Source of the DNA: Quinella sp. 1Q5
GTDB taxonomy: Bacteria > Bacillota > Negativicutes > Selenomonadales > Selenomonadaceae
Direction of reading: 5' to 3'
Length of the DNA: 62,332 nt
Assembly: GCA_014764605.1 (NCBI GenBank)
Contig: JACXWG010000001.1
Span: 1 to 62,332 of the forward strand
Shown: positions 26,945 through 36,660 of the stretch, piece by piece
How positions within the stretch are numbered: position 1 is the first letter of the stretch
How the letters are laid out: each line of letters begins with the position of its first letter
Program-made: the position numbers and the translations under genes
Notes under the pieces: model-generated
What the model was told of the DNA's origin: nothing
The model's input: only the letters and a program-made list of their open reading frames with translations
The model's database searches: none

Positions 26945-27931
26945 TTACTTTTTAACGACGGTAGTCATCTCGGCGAAAATATCATCAAGCGAGTTATCGT
27001 TTTCGGGAGCGTTCTTTAAGTTCGTTGGCAGATTAATCAGCGAGTCCTTGCGCGGTGAAACGTAAGTCGTATACGTTTTAAGCTCCGCATAATAGCCCAT
27101 AGCGTCAAGGAGGTCTCGTTCTTCGTCAGTTAGGACGACACGCCCCGCCGCCGCCTCATCAAGGACATAACGTGCATAGGCGCGCATGATGTTTGTAAGG
27201 TCAAAGGCGGCAGTAACTGTCGTCCAGCTCGGTTTGTTGACTGTCCAAGCAAAAGTTATGTCGTTCGCCTTGATAGCCTCAAGCCAACGATTAAGTTGTT
27301 CTTTTTGCTCAGTCAAGGCGTCGCCCGAAAGATTTGCAAAGGAGTCTTGAGAGTTCTTTTCTAAAAGTGCTGCGATTTTATTGCCATCGAGTGTGACGTT
27401 CATGATTCGCATATCGGGCGTATCCTTTAGGAGTTCGACCTTCTTAACGGCGTCGAGGTTCTGATTTAGCACGTCGATTTCAGACGCCTTCCAAATGGTG
27501 ACGATACCCGCAGGTAGACCAGGCAGGAGCATCTTACTCCATTTGCCGCGCCGCTGAACGTAAAGCGTCATGTCATTGCCGGCTTGTTCAATGTAAAAGG
27601 GAATGCTGCTGTTCGTCGAGTAATTTTTCTGCAGATTGGTATATGTCCAAGACAAGGTGCCGCTCATCCTCATCACGTTATCGGCGGTGACTTGCCCTTT
27701 AGAGTCAATGTCCAGATGGAAATTCGGAGCAATCAACGTAAGGTCTTGGTCAATCATGCGCGTTGAGGTCAACTGCCCCATATAAGCTTCACGGAAAGCC
27801 GCCATGCCCTCATCCTCACTGGGAGCCGCGTTCACGACAGCATTGCCGCCCAAAAGTAGCGTGCCACTGATTGCCGCAACCGACGCGACCTTTGCTAGGC
27901 GACGGAAATTTAACCTATCCAACAACTTCAT
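26945..27931 (-). CDS. Secreted protein of unknown function (328 aa)
   Basis: ATG follows GGAGG. Signal peptide ...VAAISGTLLLGGNAVVNAAPS. The longer track start lies upstream of the predicted promoter. Confidence 0.7.
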   Translation of the reverse strand: MKLLDRLNFRRLAKVASVAAISGTLLLGGNAVVNAAPSEDEGMAAFREAYMGQLTSTRMIDQDLTLIAPNFHLDIDSKGQVTADNVMRMSGTLSWTYTNLQKNYSTNSSIPFYIEQAGNDMTLYVQRRGKWSKMLLPGLPAGIVTIWKASEIDVLNQNLDAVKKVELLKDTPDMRIMNVTLDGNKIAALLEKNSQDSFANLSGDALTEQKEQLNRWLEAIKANDITFAWTVNKPSWTTVTAAFDLTNIMRAYARYVLDEAAAGRVVLTDEERDLLDAMGYYAELKTYTTYVSPRKDSLINLPTNLKNAPENDNSLDDIFAEMTTVVKK

Positions 27932-27956
27932 TACAATACCTCCAAAATTTTTTGCC

Positions 27957-27985
27957 ATAATAAGCACGGCACTTTTCTTTGTCAA
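27957..27985 (-). promoter_or_regulatory. Sigma-70-like promoter
   Basis: TTGACA, 17 nt, TATTAT on the minus strand. The spacer contains the CAAAGAAAAG motif also seen in the repeats. Confidence 0.5.
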
Positions 27986-28048
27986 GGCAGGAATATAGCA
28001 AGACTCGTTGAAATATCACTGAAAACTTTACGGCGTCGAATATAAACC

Positions 28049-28077
28049 TTGCTAAAGAACAGGCTAACTGTTATCAT
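28049..28077 (+). promoter_or_regulatory. Sigma-70-like promoter of the divIC-like operon
   Basis: TTGCTA, 17 nt, TATCAT. Confidence 0.45.
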
Positions 28078-28102
28078 ATAGAAAAACTGAGGAGGTAGCG
28101 CA

Positions 28103-28381
28103 ATGCGAAAGAGGAAAGGTTTTAACTGGTTTGTGTTGGCGATGTTCGCTATGATTGCTTACTTCTCGACGGTTTTAATTTCTCAGCAGGTGCACCTAGC
28201 GCACGTTAGCGAAAGTCAACGCATAGCCGATAAAAGATTGGAAAAAGCAAAGGCGACGAACGAAAAGTTGCGCAAGGAGCTCGCCGCCCTGCAGGACATC
28301 AACAACATCGAGAAATTGGCGCGTGAGGATTTGGGCTTTACCAAAGAAGGCGAGATGCCCTATCAAGCGGCGCGCCCATAA
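28103..28381 (+). CDS. Septum formation initiator, FtsB/DivIC family
   Basis: 92 aa. N-terminal TM, coiled coil, then the conserved ...IEKLAREDLGF... motif. Confidence 0.85.
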   Translation: MRKRKGFNWFVLAMFAMIAYFSTVLISQQVHLAHVSESQRIADKRLEKAKATNEKLRKELAALQDINNIEKLAREDLGFTKEGEMPYQAARP

Positions 28382-28407
28382 AAAAAATTTTTTGGAGGAC
28401 GGGTATT

Positions 28408-28833
28408 TTGGTAATGGAAGCAGGCAGCATTGTGGAAGGCAAGGTCACTAGAATCACGAACTTTGGAGCATTCGTGGAACTGGAGGAGGGCAAAGTTGGA
28501 CTGATTCATATCTCGGAGGTCGCTGACGTTTATGTTAATGACGTGCACGACTTCCTAAGCGAGGGCGATACGGTTCAAGTCAAAGTCGTAAGCATTGACG
28601 GCAACAAGGTTGCGTTATCCTTGAAGCAGGCAAAGCCCAAGCCGCCCGAAAACGACGGACAGAATTTCAGACAGAATCGGCGCGGAGACTTTCGCAAGCC
28701 ACAAGGCAAAATGTCCGCCTCATTTGAAGATAAGCTGTCGAAGTTCCTTAAAGACAGCGACGAGCGTTTGACGGACTTAAAGCGCAAGACGGATTCTAAG
28801 CGCGGCGGTCGCGGCTCTCGGCGGTCGGATTGA
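28408..28833 (+). CDS. S1 domain RNA-binding protein (YabR-like)
   Basis: GSIVEGKVTRITNFGAFVEL..GLIHISEV is an S1 motif. Basic C-terminal tail. Confidence 0.88.
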   Translation: MVMEAGSIVEGKVTRITNFGAFVELEEGKVGLIHISEVADVYVNDVHDFLSEGDTVQVKVVSIDGNKVALSLKQAKPKPPENDGQNFRQNRRGDFRKPQGKMSASFEDKLSKFLKDSDERLTDLKRKTDSKRGGRGSRRSD

Positions 28834-28834
28834 A

Positions 28835-29800
28835 TTGCTTAAACGGTTCATTGACAATTGCGCGGCAGAAAAAATCTTCGGCGATGTGCACAAAGTTTTA
28901 ATCGCGGTGTCGGGCGGTGCTGATTCGTTGGCATTGGCGGAGCTGATGATTAATTCGCGGCAACGTTTCGGCTTGGAACTGTGCATAGGACACTTTGAAC
29001 ACGGCTTGCGCGGGCAAGAGTCAATCGACGACGCGGCGTTTGTCAAAGCCTTCGCCGAGGAACGCGGGATAAAATTTATTGGCGGACGCGGCGACGTTAA
29101 AGCATACGCGGCGGCAGAAAAAATCTCCGTCGAGACTGCGGCACGAACTCTGCGCTATGAATTCCTAAGCAAGCAAAACTTCGACGCGATTGTATTAGCA
29201 CACCACGCCGACGACCAAGCCGAAACGATACTTATGAGACTGCTACGCGGGGCAACGTCTTCGGGCTTGTCGGCGATGAAGTTTAGGACGTTATCTAAGG
29301 ATTATGGCTTGCTGATTCGTCCGTTGCTTAGGTTCAGGAAAGTGGAGCTTGAAGACTTCTGCCGGGAAAGGAACTTATCGCCCCGCCTCGACGCAACGAA
29401 CTTTGAGCTAGACGCAACCCGCAATCGAATTCGGCTGGAGCTTATCCCGACGTTTGAAAGATTTAATCCCGCACTGGTCGAAACGCTTTGCAGATTAGCG
29501 GAAGTCACAGCGGAGGAGGCAGACTTCATAGACGAGCAAGCAGAAAAAATTTTCCCCGCCGTCGTCAATGACAACTCCATAATCCGAGCAGAGTTCCTAA
29601 AGCTCCACCCCGCACTGCAACGAGCCGTCATAAAAAAATTTATAGCACAAGTCACAGGTTCGGCAAAAGATTTTGGGTTCGTACACTTCGAGGGCGTCCG
29701 AAGAGTTCTAATCAGCGGGCTTAGGGGCGTCGAACTGCCAAGGAACTTGCGAGCGAATTTGACAAAAGGAAAACTTTCCATAACGAATAATTTTTATTGA
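28835..29800 (+). CDS. tilS: tRNA(Ile)-lysidine synthetase
   Basis: PP-loop VLIAVSGGADSLAL. HHADDQAET. TTG start 2 nt after the previous stop. Confidence 0.9.
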   Translation: MLKRFIDNCAAEKIFGDVHKVLIAVSGGADSLALAELMINSRQRFGLELCIGHFEHGLRGQESIDDAAFVKAFAEERGIKFIGGRGDVKAYAAAEKISVETAARTLRYEFLSKQNFDAIVLAHHADDQAETILMRLLRGATSSGLSAMKFRTLSKDYGLLIRPLLRFRKVELEDFCRERNLSPRLDATNFELDATRNRIRLELIPTFERFNPALVETLCRLAEVTAEEADFIDEQAEKIFPAVVNDNSIIRAEFLKLHPALQRAVIKKFIAQVTGSAKDFGFVHFEGVRRVLISGLRGVELPRNLRANLTKGKLSITNNFY

Positions 29801-29814
29801 AAGGAATGATTGCT

Positions 29815-30372
29815 TTGAAGAGTAAGGAAGATTACATCGAACGCGTGCTGTACACCGAGGAGGAAATCGCCGCCCGCGCTAAGGAGCTCAGTGCGCAAAT
29901 CAGCGAAGACTACAAGGACATAGCCAAGCCTCTCTTGACGGTCGGCATTCTCAACGGCGCGGTCATGTTTTATACAGACGTTGTGCGGCGGCTGACCATT
30001 CCCGTCCAGTTCGATTTTCTTATCGCCTCAAGCTACGACGCAAACTCCCACACTAGCGGCAAGGTTAATATCCTCAAAAATCTCGACAACGACCCCAAAG
30101 GACGCGACATCTTGCTTGTAGAAGATATTATCGACTCCGGCACGACGATGAGCTATCTGATCGATTACTTTATGGACAAGAAGGCAAATAGCGTCAAAGT
30201 CTGCACACTTTTGAACAAGCCGAGCCGCCGTAAGGTCGACGTGAAGATTGATTACTGCGGCTTCGATGTGCCCGATGAATTTATTGTCGGCTACGGTCTA
30301 GACTTCGCGCAACATTATCGCAATCTGCCTTACCTAGGCATTCTCAATCGTAGTGTCTACGGAGGCAAGTAA
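29815..30372 (+). CDS. hpt: Hypoxanthine phosphoribosyltransferase
   Basis: PRPP loop LLVEDIIDSGTT, FIVGYGLDF. The start is uncertain. TTG 29815 has the best RBS spacing. TTG 29797 and ATG 29806 are alternatives. Confidence 0.9.
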   Translation: MKSKEDYIERVLYTEEEIAARAKELSAQISEDYKDIAKPLLTVGILNGAVMFYTDVVRRLTIPVQFDFLIASSYDANSHTSGKVNILKNLDNDPKGRDILLVEDIIDSGTTMSYLIDYFMDKKANSVKVCTLLNKPSRRKVDVKIDYCGFDVPDEFIVGYGLDFAQHYRNLPYLGILNRSVYGGK

Positions 30373-30385
30373 GGAGGGCTTATCC

Positions 30386-31012
30386 GTGCTGAAGAAGATT
30401 TTTTCTGTCCTCTGTATGGCGACAATGCTTTTGGTCGTCGTCAATAATTCTGCTTCGGCCGAGGGTGAACCCAAGATTGTTGTCGTATTTGAATCACCGA
30501 CAGGAGCTTTCTCCGAGCCTGAAAAGGTTCATACGTTACTGCAAGACACGCTTGATAAAATTTTAGGCAACATGTCGTGCGAGATTGTTCCTATAAGCGA
30601 GACTGAAAACTACGTGCAGATTTATCGCGAAGAAAATAACCTTATAGCTTCCAATGGCGCGGAGGAAGGCGACGCGACGACTTTTTATCTCAAGAAAGAT
30701 GACCTAAACAAAATCTGTCAGTACTTCGGCGGCGATTACATAATCTACACGCGAATAACCAACACCGCCCCGAAGGTCTCCGTTGGATTCTTCACAGCAA
30801 GCCAAAAGATAAATGTCGTGCTGGACTTCCGCGTTTGGTCGGATAACAAAAAAGATTTTTCCTACATGAAGCGTGCGACGGCGACTGGCAAATCAACTTC
30901 TATCTTGGACGGGATTGGCAGTTCGGAACGCGCACTGGACAAGGGCTTGAGGAAAAACTTGCAGGAAATCGAAAAGGATAAGAACAAAATCCGCGAGGCA
31001 TTGACAGAATGA
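30386..31012 (+). CDS. Secreted protein of unknown function (208 aa)
   Basis: GTG start follows AAGGAGGG. Signal peptide VLKKIFSVLCMATMLLVVVNNSASA. Confidence 0.6.
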   Translation: MLKKIFSVLCMATMLLVVVNNSASAEGEPKIVVVFESPTGAFSEPEKVHTLLQDTLDKILGNMSCEIVPISETENYVQIYREENNLIASNGAEEGDATTFYLKKDDLNKICQYFGGDYIIYTRITNTAPKVSVGFFTASQKINVVLDFRVWSDNKKDFSYMKRATATGKSTSILDGIGSSERALDKGLRKNLQEIEKDKNKIREALTE

Positions 31013-31037
31013 TTTTTAAGGCAAAGGAGCGTTTTGA

Positions 31038-32951
31038 TTGAACAGTTTCTTGCGCAACGTCGGGTTCTATTTGCTGGTGATTTTTATTGCGATAACCGCC
31101 TACGATTACATGTCGGTCAAGCCAAAACCAGTCGAGGAAGTGAGCTATTCCCAGTTCATGCAACTTGTCGAGAAGGGCGAGATAACAAAAGTTGTCGTAG
31201 TAAAGAATTCGATACAAGCCACAAAGAAAGACGGCGGCGAGTTCTCGACGATAGTCCCTGACGAGCCAGTTGACGACGAAGAACTTATCAACAAACTGAG
31301 TGATAAGGGCGTGGAAATATATGCGCAGAACCCCAAAGACCCGCCGTGGTGGATGACGCTCCTGACGTCCCTTTTGCCGATTGCGTTGCTAGTGGGCTTC
31401 TGGTACTTCATGATAAGTCAGACGCAGGGCGGCGGCGGCAAAGTCTTTTCCTTCGGCAAGAGTCGTGCAAAGCTCATGGGCGGCGATAAAGTCAAGGTGA
31501 CGTTCAATGACGTGGCGGGCGCGGACGAGGCTAAAGAAGAACTTGCCGAGGTCGTCGAATTCCTCAAGCACCCGAAGAAGTTTAACGACTTAGGCGCGAG
31601 GATTCCAAAGGGCGTTTTGCTCTTCGGTCCTCCTGGTACAGGCAAGACTTTGTTGGCTAAGGCGGTCGCGGGCGAGGCTGGCGTTGCGTTCTTCTCAATA
31701 AGCGGTTCGGACTTCGTGGAAATGTTCGTGGGCGTGGGTGCGTCGCGTGTTCGTGACTTGTTCGCGCAGGCTAAGAAGAATTCCCCGTGCATAATCTTTA
31801 TCGATGAGATTGACGCAGTAGGTCGCCAACGTGGCGCGGCAGTCGGCGGAGGTCATGACGAACGCGAGCAAACTTTGAATCAGTTGCTTGTAGAAATGGA
31901 CGGGTTCGCGGCTAATGAGGGCATCATCATCATCGCCGCCACGAATCGCCCAGATATTCTCGACAAAGCATTGCTTCGCCCCGGACGTTTCGACCGTCAG
32001 ATTGTCGTTGATAAACCCGACGTGACCGGGCGTGTTGCAATCTTGAAAGTTCACACGAAAGGCAAGCCGATTGCAAAGGACGTAGACTTAGACGTTTTGG
32101 CGCGGCGGACTCCAGGCTTTACGGGGGCTGACTTGGCTAATCTCGTAAATGAGGCGGCGTTGCTTGCGGCTAGACGTAACAAGCACGAAATCAACATGAC
32201 GGAGCTTGAAGAGTCAATCGAACGGGTGATGGCAGGTCCAGAACGCAAATCCAAAGTCATGAGCGAGAACGAGAAAAAGTTGACGGCGTATCACGAGGGC
32301 GGGCACGCGTTGGTTGGCATGATGTTGAAGCACGCCGACCCCGTCCACAAGGTCACGATAATCCCGCGTGGCAGGGCAGGCGGCTACACGCTGATGTTGC
32401 CTAAGGAGGATAGGAGCTATGCTACACGTTCCGAACTCATCGACCGCTTGAAAGTTGCAATGGGCGGACGCGTCGCCGAAGAGATTGTCCTAAACGAAAT
32501 CTCAACGGGAGCCTCCCAAGACATACAGCAGGCAAGCCGAATCGTTCGCGCAATGATTATGCAATACGGTATGAGCAAAGTCTTAGGTCCTGTGGCTTAT
32601 GGCGGCGACCCCGCGCAGCAGTATTACTTCGGACAGCCGCAGAAGAACTATTCGGAGGAAGTCGCCAGCGAGATTGATAAGGAAATCCAAAAGTACATGC
32701 AAGAGGCTTACGAGGCTTGCCGCACGATTATAAACGACAACCGCGACAAGTTGGACGTGATAGCCAAGGCGTTGATTGACAAGGAAACCCTCTCGGCGCG
32801 AGAGCTTAAAGATATTGTCTTCGGCGAGCAGAAAACGGAATTCGAGAAGCCGTTCCTAAAAGAGCCGCCGCCCGTGACAGTTGACCTTGGCAAACCGGAA
32901 GTCGTCGAGCAACCCAAATTCCCTGACGGCTCGGCACCAACGCCCGTTTAA
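31038..32951 (+). CDS. ftsH: ATP-dependent zinc metalloprotease FtsH
   Basis: Two N-terminal TM segments, Walker [37 protein letters not shown] zinc site. Confidence 0.96.
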   Translation: MNSFLRNVGFYLLVIFIAITAYDYMSVKPKPVEEVSYSQFMQLVEKGEITKVVVVKNSIQATKKDGGEFSTIVPDEPVDDEELINKLSDKGVEIYAQNPKDPPWWMTLLTSLLPIALLVGFWYFMISQTQGGGGKVFSFGKSRAKLMGGDKVKVTFNDVAGADEAKEELAEVVEFLKHPKKFNDLGARIPKGVLLFGPPGTGKTLLAKAVAGEAGVAFFSISGSDFVEMFVGVGASRVRDLFAQAKKNSPCIIFIDEIDAVGRQRGAAVGGGHDEREQTLNQLLVEMDGFAANEGIIIIAATNRPDILDKALLRPGRFDRQIVVDKPDVTGRVAILKVHTKGKPIAKDVDLDVLARRTPGFTGADLANLVNEAALLAARRNKHEINMTELEESIERVMAGPERKSKVMSENEKKLTAYHEGGHALVGMMLKHADPVHKVTIIPRGRAGGYTLMLPKEDRSYATRSELIDRLKVAMGGRVAEEIVLNEISTGASQDIQQASRIVRAMIMQYGMSKVLGPVAYGGDPAQQYYFGQPQKNYSEEVASEIDKEIQKYMQEAYEACRTIINDNRDKLDVIAKALIDKETLSARELKDIVFGEQKTEFEKPFLKEPPPVTVDLGKPEVVEQPKFPDGSAPTPV

Positions 32952-32969
32952 AAATTTTTTGTAGACAAT

Positions 32970-32997
32970 GACCGAGGGCTACTCGGTCTTAATTTTT
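32970..32997 (+). terminator. Intrinsic terminator after ftsH
   Basis: GACCGAG/CTCGGTC stem with a 5-nt loop and a TTAATTTTT tail. Confidence 0.6.
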
Positions 32998-33014
32998 GTA
33001 GGAGGCAACGATTA

Positions 33015-33299
33015 ATGGAAAACGATGCAATGGCGGCGTTCGCAAACTTCATGCCGATAATCTTAATGGTGCTGATTTTTTATTTCCTGCTGTACCGCCC
33101 GCAGAAGAAAGCACGCGAGGCACATGACGCGATGCTTAGCAGTCTGAAGGTCGGGAGCCGCGTCATAACCATTGGCGGCATTTACGGGACGATTGTCAGC
33201 CTCAGCGATGATATTGTCCGCCTGAAGATTGCCGATAACGTCGAGATTGAAGTTGCTCGCGGGTCGATTAACGGCGTGGCGGAGACAAAGAGTGCTTGA
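33015..33299 (+). CDS. yajC: Preprotein translocase subunit YajC
   Basis: ...LIFYFLLYRPQKKA......GSRVITIGGIYG.I is the canonical YajC pattern. Confidence 0.88.
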   Translation: MENDAMAAFANFMPIILMVLIFYFLLYRPQKKAREAHDAMLSSLKVGSRVITIGGIYGTIVSLSDDIVRLKIADNVEIEVARGSINGVAETKSA

Positions 33300-33864
33300 G
33301 AAAAAAATTTTGCGTCGAGAGTTCCTAGGCAAGCGGGCGGCAGTCCCCCGCGACGAACGAGACCGCATAAGCCACGAGCTGATAAAAAAGTTCACGGCGT
33401 CTGAAATCTATCACGCGGCTAAAGTCATCATGGCTTACGCCTCGACGCCCGATGAACTTCAGCTTAAGGAACTGTTCAACGCGTGCTTTGCTGATAAAAA
33501 AGTTTTAGCGATACCGTTCATCATTGGCAAGGGCGAGATGCAAGCCGTAGAAGTTCCGAGCCTCGACGCACTGGAAGTCGGCGCGTTTAACATTCAGACC
33601 GTCAAGCTGGAGCTAAGGAAGTTCATCAAACCCGCGAAGATTGATTGCGTTATCGTGCCTGGCGCGGCATTTGACGTTCACGGCAACCGATTGGGTTTGG
33701 GCGGCGGCTACTATGACAGGTTCTTGCCTCGCGTCGTCAATGCTAAAAAGATTGCCCTTGCTTATGACTTCCAACTTGTCGACAGTTTGCCGACGGAAGC
33801 TCACGACGCTAAAGTTGATATGATTCTAACGATTGAAAGGAGTGTCTATCATGAAGGTTACTAA
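33292..33864 (+). CDS. 5-formyltetrahydrofolate cyclo-ligase
   Basis: LR...L..R......R....I; VIVPGAAFDVHGNRLGLGGGYYDRFL. GTG start lies 7 nt after GGAG and overlaps the yajC end. Confidence 0.88.
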   Translation: MLEKKILRREFLGKRAAVPRDERDRISHELIKKFTASEIYHAAKVIMAYASTPDELQLKELFNACFADKKVLAIPFIIGKGEMQAVEVPSLDALEVGAFNIQTVKLELRKFIKPAKIDCVIVPGAAFDVHGNRLGLGGGYYDRFLPRVVNAKKIALAYDFQLVDSLPTEAHDAKVDMILTIERSVYHEGY

Positions 33865-34558
33865 GATATTAGTCGGCGTATTGCTGGCGTTGATAATGTT
33901 CGTGACACCCGCCGCCGCGCAGAGGTCGCAATCGCCTGATGACCCGTCGGGGTTCGTGGTGCTAGCGGAGGTTGTGCCGGACATTATCCAAGAGATTCGA
34001 TACTACTCGACGTATAACTTTGTCGGCGATAGGATTGACGGCTACTATCAGCCTTGCGCACTCATGACGATTGAGGCGGCGCAGGCTCTTAAAAAAGTTT
34101 CCGATGACGTAATGAAGATGGGCTATCGGCTCAAAGTCTATGATGCGTACCGTCCGCAGATGGCTGTTGATAACTTCGTGCGTTGGGCGGAAGACCTCAA
34201 CGATAAGCGCATGAAGAAATATTTCTATCCCAAAGTCGACAAGACGCGGCTTTTTGCTGACGGTTACATCGACGCAAAATCTGGACACTCTCGCGGCTCG
34301 ACGATTGACCTAACGCTTTTTGACATGAAAACCGGCAAGGAAGTCGACATGGGCGGCACGTTCGATTACTTTGGCGAGCTGTCTCACCCCGACTACACGA
34401 AAATAACTAGGCAACAACTCAAGAACAGAATGATTCTTCGCGACGTGATGATTAAGAACGGATTCAGACCGCTTGCAACCGAATGGTGGCACTTCACGCT
34501 TGAGAACGAACCTTATCCCGATACTTACTTCAAATTTCCCGTAACCTTCTTGAAATAA
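33851..34558 (+). CDS. D-alanyl-D-alanine dipeptidase (VanX/DdpX, peptidase M15D), secreted
   Basis: Signal peptide. YRLKVYDAYRP, SGHSRGSTIDLTL, EWWHF motifs. Confidence 0.88.
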   Translation: MKVTKILVGVLLALIMFVTPAAAQRSQSPDDPSGFVVLAEVVPDIIQEIRYYSTYNFVGDRIDGYYQPCALMTIEAAQALKKVSDDVMKMGYRLKVYDAYRPQMAVDNFVRWAEDLNDKRMKKYFYPKVDKTRLFADGYIDAKSGHSRGSTIDLTLFDMKTGKEVDMGGTFDYFGELSHPDYTKITRQQLKNRMILRDVMIKNGFRPLATEWWHFTLENEPYPDTYFKFPVTFLK

Positions 34559-34598
34559 GGGACAATCAATAAGGAATAGGACAAAACAATAAACTTGC

Positions 34599-34627
34599 TT
34601 GACAATGAAGCCGTCGCGCTGTATAGT
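34599..34627 (+). promoter_or_regulatory. Possible promoter of the 3D-domain gene
   Basis: TTGACA, 17 nt, TATAGT. It overlaps the terminator hairpin of the upstream gene. Confidence 0.35.
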
Positions 34628-34641
34628 TCGCGGCGGTTTTT
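34611..34641 (+). terminator. Intrinsic terminator after the dipeptidase gene
   Basis: CCGTCGCG/CGCGGCGG stem (one wobble), 10-nt loop, TTTTT. Confidence 0.55.
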
Positions 34642-34757
34642 GAGTTATTAACATTTTGGTTTTTAGTTGAAAGGGGGAACAGCTGCTCCGAAGCAAAGAG
34701 GCGGCTAAGGCAGTCGTCCTGCTTGGGACGTGACAAGATGTTGCGTCAGGCGGCGGA

Positions 34758-35387
34758 ATGATGAAGCGAAAAATATTCAAGACACTTGAGACGATTAAAA
34801 GAAAGTGTGCGCTCTGCCTCGTATTGGCGGGCTTGATGATGATTAACACGGGCTTTACCGATAAGCAAGAGGAACCGCCCGAAGTCGAACAAGTACCGGT
34901 CGAGGAGACGCACGCAGAACCTACAGCGATTGCAGTTGGCGAAAACGGAAAATTGCAAGTCAGCGACGACGACGAATTGACGCGAGCCTTTGCCGAGGTC
35001 GTGGAGGCTTCGTTAGGCAAAGACTTAACAGGCGAAGTCGAGGACCCTTTTGAGGAACCGCCCGCGCCTGAAGAAGTCGTCGAGACTCCGCAGGGCTACG
35101 TTCCTTATACGCAGGTACTTGGCATGGAGGCGACAGCTTACTTGCCGACGGACGGTAGCGCAGAGGGCTTGACGGCAATGGGCATTCCCGCGACTTATGG
35201 GATAGTTGCCGTCGACCCGGATATTATCCCGCTCGGCACGCGAGTTTATATCCCCGGCTACGGCGAGGCTTTAGCGGCTGACACGGGCGGCGCAATCTAC
35301 GGTTATCGGATTGATTTATGCATGGAGGACTATTGGCAGGCAATGGACTTCGGACGACGCACCGTTACCGTTTTCGTTTTGAAATAG
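34758..35387 (+). CDS. 3D domain-containing cell-wall protein (RlpA/MltA-like barrel)
   Basis: N-terminal TM or signal, acidic linker, then a C-terminal GMEATAY..TDGS..G.TA.G......G.VAVDP..IPLGTRVYIPGYG...A.DTGGAI.G..IDL 3D domain. Confidence 0.8.
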   Translation: MMKRKIFKTLETIKRKCALCLVLAGLMMINTGFTDKQEEPPEVEQVPVEETHAEPTAIAVGENGKLQVSDDDELTRAFAEVVEASLGKDLTGEVEDPFEEPPAPEEVVETPQGYVPYTQVLGMEATAYLPTDGSAEGLTAMGIPATYGIVAVDPDIIPLGTRVYIPGYGEALAADTGGAIYGYRIDLCMEDYWQAMDFGRRTVTVFVLK

Positions 35388-35391
35388 ACAT

Positions 35392-35430
35392 AAAAAAATC
35401 TCCCGCCGAGTTTGACGGGAGGTTTTTATT
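35392..35430. terminator. Bidirectional intrinsic terminator
   Basis: AAAAAAAT-CTCCCG...CGGGAG-GTTTTTATTT between convergent genes. Confidence 0.7.
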
Positions 35431-35439
35431 TGCAAAGGT

Positions 35440-35778
35440 TTACGCGAAATACTGCTGATAAACGATAAAGACAAACAAGACGATTGCACAACCCATAGAG
35501 ACCATTCCGGCACGTTCTATCCAGATGTCTTGCGTATCCGTGAAGTTGTAATGCCGCCTAGCGTAAGTCGTCGACAACGATATTAGCAGGGCGATATACA
35601 GTCCGCGGTTCAGTGGTGTGAAGTTCGACCAGCCGAGTATAAGAAAGACGATTGTCAACGCGAGGACGGCGATTAGCAGATAATCTTTGCCGACTTTTTC
35701 TTTTGGCTTTTTATCTTCGGACTCAGCCTTTTTCTTGGGCTGAATTTTTTTTGCGATTTTTTTTGACTGCCGCGCCAT
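35440..35778 (-). CDS. Small membrane protein (112 aa), lysine-rich N-terminus
   Basis: ATG follows AAAGGAGAA. Three hydrophobic segments. Confidence 0.6.
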   Translation of the reverse strand: MARQSKKIAKKIQPKKKAESEDKKPKEKVGKDYLLIAVLALTIVFLILGWSNFTPLNRGLYIALLISLSTTYARRHYNFTDTQDIWIERAGMVSMGCAIVLFVFIVYQQYFA

Positions 35779-35840
35779 TTAGGATTCTCCTTTAAAAAAA
35801 TTTTTGTCGAGTTTATCAAAGGTAGTAGCGTTTGTAAAGT

Positions 35841-36365
35841 TCAAGGCGAAGTCGCGAAGATTTTAAAGCTAATCTCGCAAGAAAGAATTCTTCCCACCTT
35901 GTGTTCAACGGAAAATTTTTCAAGGTTCGTCAGTCGTTCGCCGTCTAGTATCGCCCGAAGGACGTTAAGCAACGAGATATAATCCGCCTCAAGTTTGACG
36001 TTGACGACTTGCGCTTGAAGTGTTTCCGAGGTTGCGTCGTCCGTTTGCACAGAAATTATCCGCGCCCTGTGGAAGTCAGCCGCCCGATAAAGTTCGTCAA
36101 TGAATTTATCCTGCTCAAGCGTCGCGGGCAGAAAGTCTCTTGCAGCGTCTAATTCGAGTTCCTTTGCTTCGACGAACGCCGATAAATTTTCGTGACATGC
36201 TTTAAGCTCCATGATTTCCCGTTCGACCTCGCGAAGTCGCCGCGTCTCCAGTTTCATGGCTAAGATTTCTCGTTGCGCCGGCTTGTAGATGAATTGCCAC
36301 CAACAGAACGGCAGGATTATTATCAGAGCAAAGATTATCAGCGGCAGAAAGTTTTTATCGCGCAT
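35841..36365 (-). CDS. PilO-like type IV pilus assembly protein
   Basis: TM, coiled coil, then a C-terminal domain with the PilO-like pattern (LP......F...L...A....ISV......VNVKLEADYISLLNVLRAI...ERL.N...F.V). Start is uncertain (36365 or 36398). Confidence 0.5.
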   Translation of the reverse strand: MRDKNFLPLIIFALIIILPFCWWQFIYKPAQREILAMKLETRRLREVEREIMELKACHENLSAFVEAKELELDAARDFLPATLEQDKFIDELYRAADFHRARIISVQTDDATSETLQAQVVNVKLEADYISLLNVLRAILDGERLTNLEKFSVEHKVGRILSCEISFKIFATSP

Positions 36366-36417
36366 GATTCCGAATCCTAATGAAAAAAGGAGCCTCATGG
36401 ACTCCCCGTGAAAAATT

Positions 36418-36654
36418 TTAGTCTGCGGTGAACGGCAAGAGCGCGATGTTGCGGGCGCGTTTAATGGCGATTGTCACTTGACGCTGATGCTTGGCGCAGT
36501 TGCCCGAAATGCGGCGCGGAAGAATCTTGCCGCGTTCAGTGGTGAAGCGACGAAGCTTAGCCGCGTCTTTGTAATCTATATTCTCAACTTTATCGACGCA
36601 AAAGGCGCAAACTTTCCTGCGCGGGCGTCGACCTCTTTCTCTGCGCATTTTCAA
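36418..36654 (-). CDS. rpsR: 30S ribosomal protein S18
   Basis: ...CAFC......IDYKD...L..F....GKILPRR.SG.CAKHQR....AIKRAR..ALLPF. Confidence 0.96.
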   Translation of the reverse strand: MKMRRERGRRPRRKVCAFCVDKVENIDYKDAAKLRRFTTERGKILPRRISGNCAKHQRQVTIAIKRARNIALLPFTAD

Positions 36655-36660
36655 TCCTCC

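Noticed and set aside
34642-34757. c-di-AMP (ydaO) riboswitch before the 3D-domain gene.
   Set aside because: The 5' half of the pseudo-symmetric motif is missing, and the leader is too short. Reported only as a low-interest leader.
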